From the NCBI GenBank assembly GCA_964016885.1, contig OZ024740.1:138508001-138572000 (forward strand): a DNA stretch of 64,000 nt, given 5' to 3'. A model generated the notes under the pieces. That model saw nothing but the letters and a program-made list of their open reading frames with translations. It was not told where the DNA came from and ran no database searches. How positions within the stretch are numbered: position 1 is the stretch's first letter; each line of letters begins with the position of its first letter. Origin of the DNA: Eledone cirrhosa. Taxonomy: Eukaryota. The position numbers were made by a program, and so were the translations under genes. Shown here piece by piece: positions 61,204 through 64,000 of this stretch.

Positions 61204-62475
61204 CTTGTTTACATTTTTTGTCCTGTAATCATAGGATCGTTAAAATAAATTCCAGACTTGAAAAAATAAGCACTGTGGTCGACATGATCGACTTATCAAA
61301 GCAGTGCGGCAGCACAACCGCAATCAGATAACTGAAACCAGAACAAAAGAACGTCGTTGTAGGAGCAACAGACTAGTTTAAATTAGCCAGGTTAGTGCAG
61401 TAAAACTGTCGAACGGTTTGAACATCAGATTGCATTGCGCTATATTTTACATCTTCCTCTTGGCTGCTCCAGTGAGAATTAAGTTGGACTTGTATGTTTT
61501 TCATCAATAAAACATTCAAATGTCAAGTATTTTTAGGAAATGTCAAATAATTGATTTGATTTGATTGTCTGAAAAATACACACGAAATGTTTAAAGTATT
61601 ATTTCAAAGTTTACGCACGCACTCGCACACACACACACTCTTTCCCCCTCTCTCTTTCAAACACACAGCCGAAGACACAGATACACAAGCACTCACACAC
61701 ACACATACACACGCACGAAGACACTCACTCGCACACATACAGTCTTTCTCTCACACATTCAGAGACGAAGACACATATACTCAGGCACACACACACATGC
61801 ACACATACACACACACACACACACGCACACATACACTCACACATATATACACTCGCAGACACCAAAGTATGCATACATACGTACATACACGATCCAATGT
61901 TTCACACACTCATTACAACCACCCGAAATCTTATTTTCTTTACCATAAGCTCCCAACGAAACCGATCCCACCTATAGCCATCCAATGAAATAGATCATAA
62001 ACTCTAGAACTAGAACCTACATCCACTGTACAAATAACCGATAAATGCGAATAAAGTAACGGCGTCCAACTAATGTACAAGGAAATCAAAAGACCATTAA
62101 AACGAGATATATATTTACGATGAACATGATGTCAAACTAAAACAAATTAAAGTAAACCCGAAAAACGTGAAAATAAATGAAGGAAACACGTATAAGAAAT
62201 CTATTAAAATCCGTACAACACAAAAATCAAAACAAAACAAACAAAAAACGAAAAAACAAAAAAAAAAAAATTAACTGAAAGATATAAAACTCGACATCCA
62301 AATTAGATAAGCTAAATTAAGTTATTGAATTGTGTCTTTCGTTTATGTTTCAATTTCACTTTTTAAAGTTACATTTCTTCAGTTTCCCCGTAGCTTAAAA
62401 AATATTTTTGTAATATAGATGTTTCTATCAATAACACGAAAAAAAAAAAAAATTACAACCCACAGTTACTATCTG

Positions 62476-62602
62476 GGGCAGTTCAGGTTTGAAGGGTCTA
62501 GGGAAGTTCAGGTATGGGTTGCCCGAGGCAGTTCAGGTCTGGGGTGCCCGAGGCAGCCAGGTTTGGGGTGCCGAGGCAGTTCAGGTTTGGTGTTCCAGGG
62601 CT
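62476..62602 (+). repeat. Minisatellite, about 24 bp x 5
   Basis: ggcagttcaggt(t/c)tggggtgcccga units. Confidence 0.85.
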
Positions 62603-63660
62603 TTTTCTGGAGGGAGCATTTTTTGACAAGGAGTGCCCAGGGCATTCACTCTTTCTACCCCCGACCCTGGTTACTACAACGTCTTTTAATGTCAAAAGCA
62701 AGTTAGCTTTAAGGACATCAGAAACAAATGAGCAACAATCTTTCTTTGCTTATAACCAATTTTATGTAGGATGCTCAAGATTTGGAAGCTAACCTAAATG
62801 TTATTCCTACTACTATAATCAAAAACATCATAGGACGCTATCATAAGTGTTCAATATCTCTAAGGCTATGGTAGTTACAGATCCAATGCCACAGAGCTGG
62901 GATTCATCGCATTTGTTAATGTCATTGCCTTATTGATTCAAATATAACCCCAGGCCAGTTCCAATATTAGAATATATGGTTTATCTCTGAGCACTCCAGT
63001 TTCAAAAGGTTTCATGACTGATTTTCCCCATTTTTGATCTACTTTCCGACACTCAGGTTTCTTACAAAATTTTAAAGTTCTTTCAAGAAAAAATATTATA
63101 TTCAATAATAGCTTTAATCAATCAAAACTGTTTTTACTTTCAGTTAATCCTGTGTTCTTATATAATACGCATTCATACTGAATTAGTTATATGGAATTTG
63201 CACAAAAAGTAATGAGATATATTATTTATATTGAGTGTGTATCTCTGAGACACCAGATAGAATTCTATGAATGTTTTGAAAAAAGTAATTTTTTGTATTA
63301 TTGCGAAATTTCAAATTGCTAAACTCCAAGTGTTCTATTAAACCAAACAACTGTTCTTTAAAAACAATTCTGGTACATTTATAGCTACTTTTCAACCTAA
63401 ACTCCAAACATGAGGTTTTCAAGGGCTGTTTACATCTTAATAAATTCATGTTCGCCTCATGGAAACATCAACCGCCAGACATATAGTCTCCACAGATAGA
63501 CGTACTAAATCCACCTTCTTCTTAACATCAATCTTTCGATTGCCTCATGTTACGTTTATTAGTAACCTGACATACTCATAAACAATAGGACATATACACA
63601 CATTTATCCACACAACATTTAACTAATCCAAATTATATCCACTCTCTTATCGGATGCACA

Positions 63661-63697
<37 letters not shown>

Positions 63698-64000
63698 ATG
63701 AATGAATTTGTATGTATATACGCATGTATGTATGTATGTATGTGTGTATGTATGAATTTATGTACGCATGTATGTGTATGCATGCATGTATGCTTGTATG
63801 TATGTTTGTATGTATGTATATATGTCGCATGTATGTACGTATGTATGTATGTATGTAAGCGTTGATCACACAAACAAAATCAAGCACCAGAACCAGCCCC
63901 TCAATCCAGTACACACATACACATACACGAACACACACACACACATATATATACATAAGTGTATATCTAAACAAAAACAGCAATACCATCAAGCAAATAG

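Noticed and set aside
62476-62602. CRISPR-like repeats
   Set aside because: Units are directly tandem with no unique spacers, there are no cas genes, and the context is eukaryotic.
62690-63540. Possible decayed hAT-like transposase on minus
   Set aside because: Only vague peptide resemblance with many stops; not supportable without a profile search.

Overview
Eukaryotic, AT-rich, microsatellite-dense DNA with no recognisable host protein-coding gene, rRNA, tRNA or CRISPR array. The repeat content looks like an invertebrate genome, most plausibly an octopus or other cephalopod (inference from SINE types and microsatellite load). The window is essentially a transposon stack. It holds six Tx1/L1-like LINE copies or fragments on the minus strand (one near full length), two R4/Dong-like restriction-endonuclease LINEs, at least five Penelope-like element (PLE) bodies (Naiad-type plus a second GIY-YIG family) with several solo terminal repeats, a non-autonomous Helitron, a deleted mariner, a decayed Tc1/mariner, CR1/L2- and RTE-like remnants, and many SINEs. 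Most notable observations: (1) each retroelement family sits in its own microsatellite type (TAA, GATA or TA); (2) about ten hammerhead-ribozyme folds, including a family whose copies share a non-canonical CA-type core; (3) fold-back and palindromic modules in TA tracts at 49.5-54.7 kb; (4) the main SINE's tail resembles the 3' end of the TAA-type Tx1; (5) splice-site-like signals bracket Tx1 ORF2 exactly. Boundaries of decayed repeats were read by eye and are approximate.
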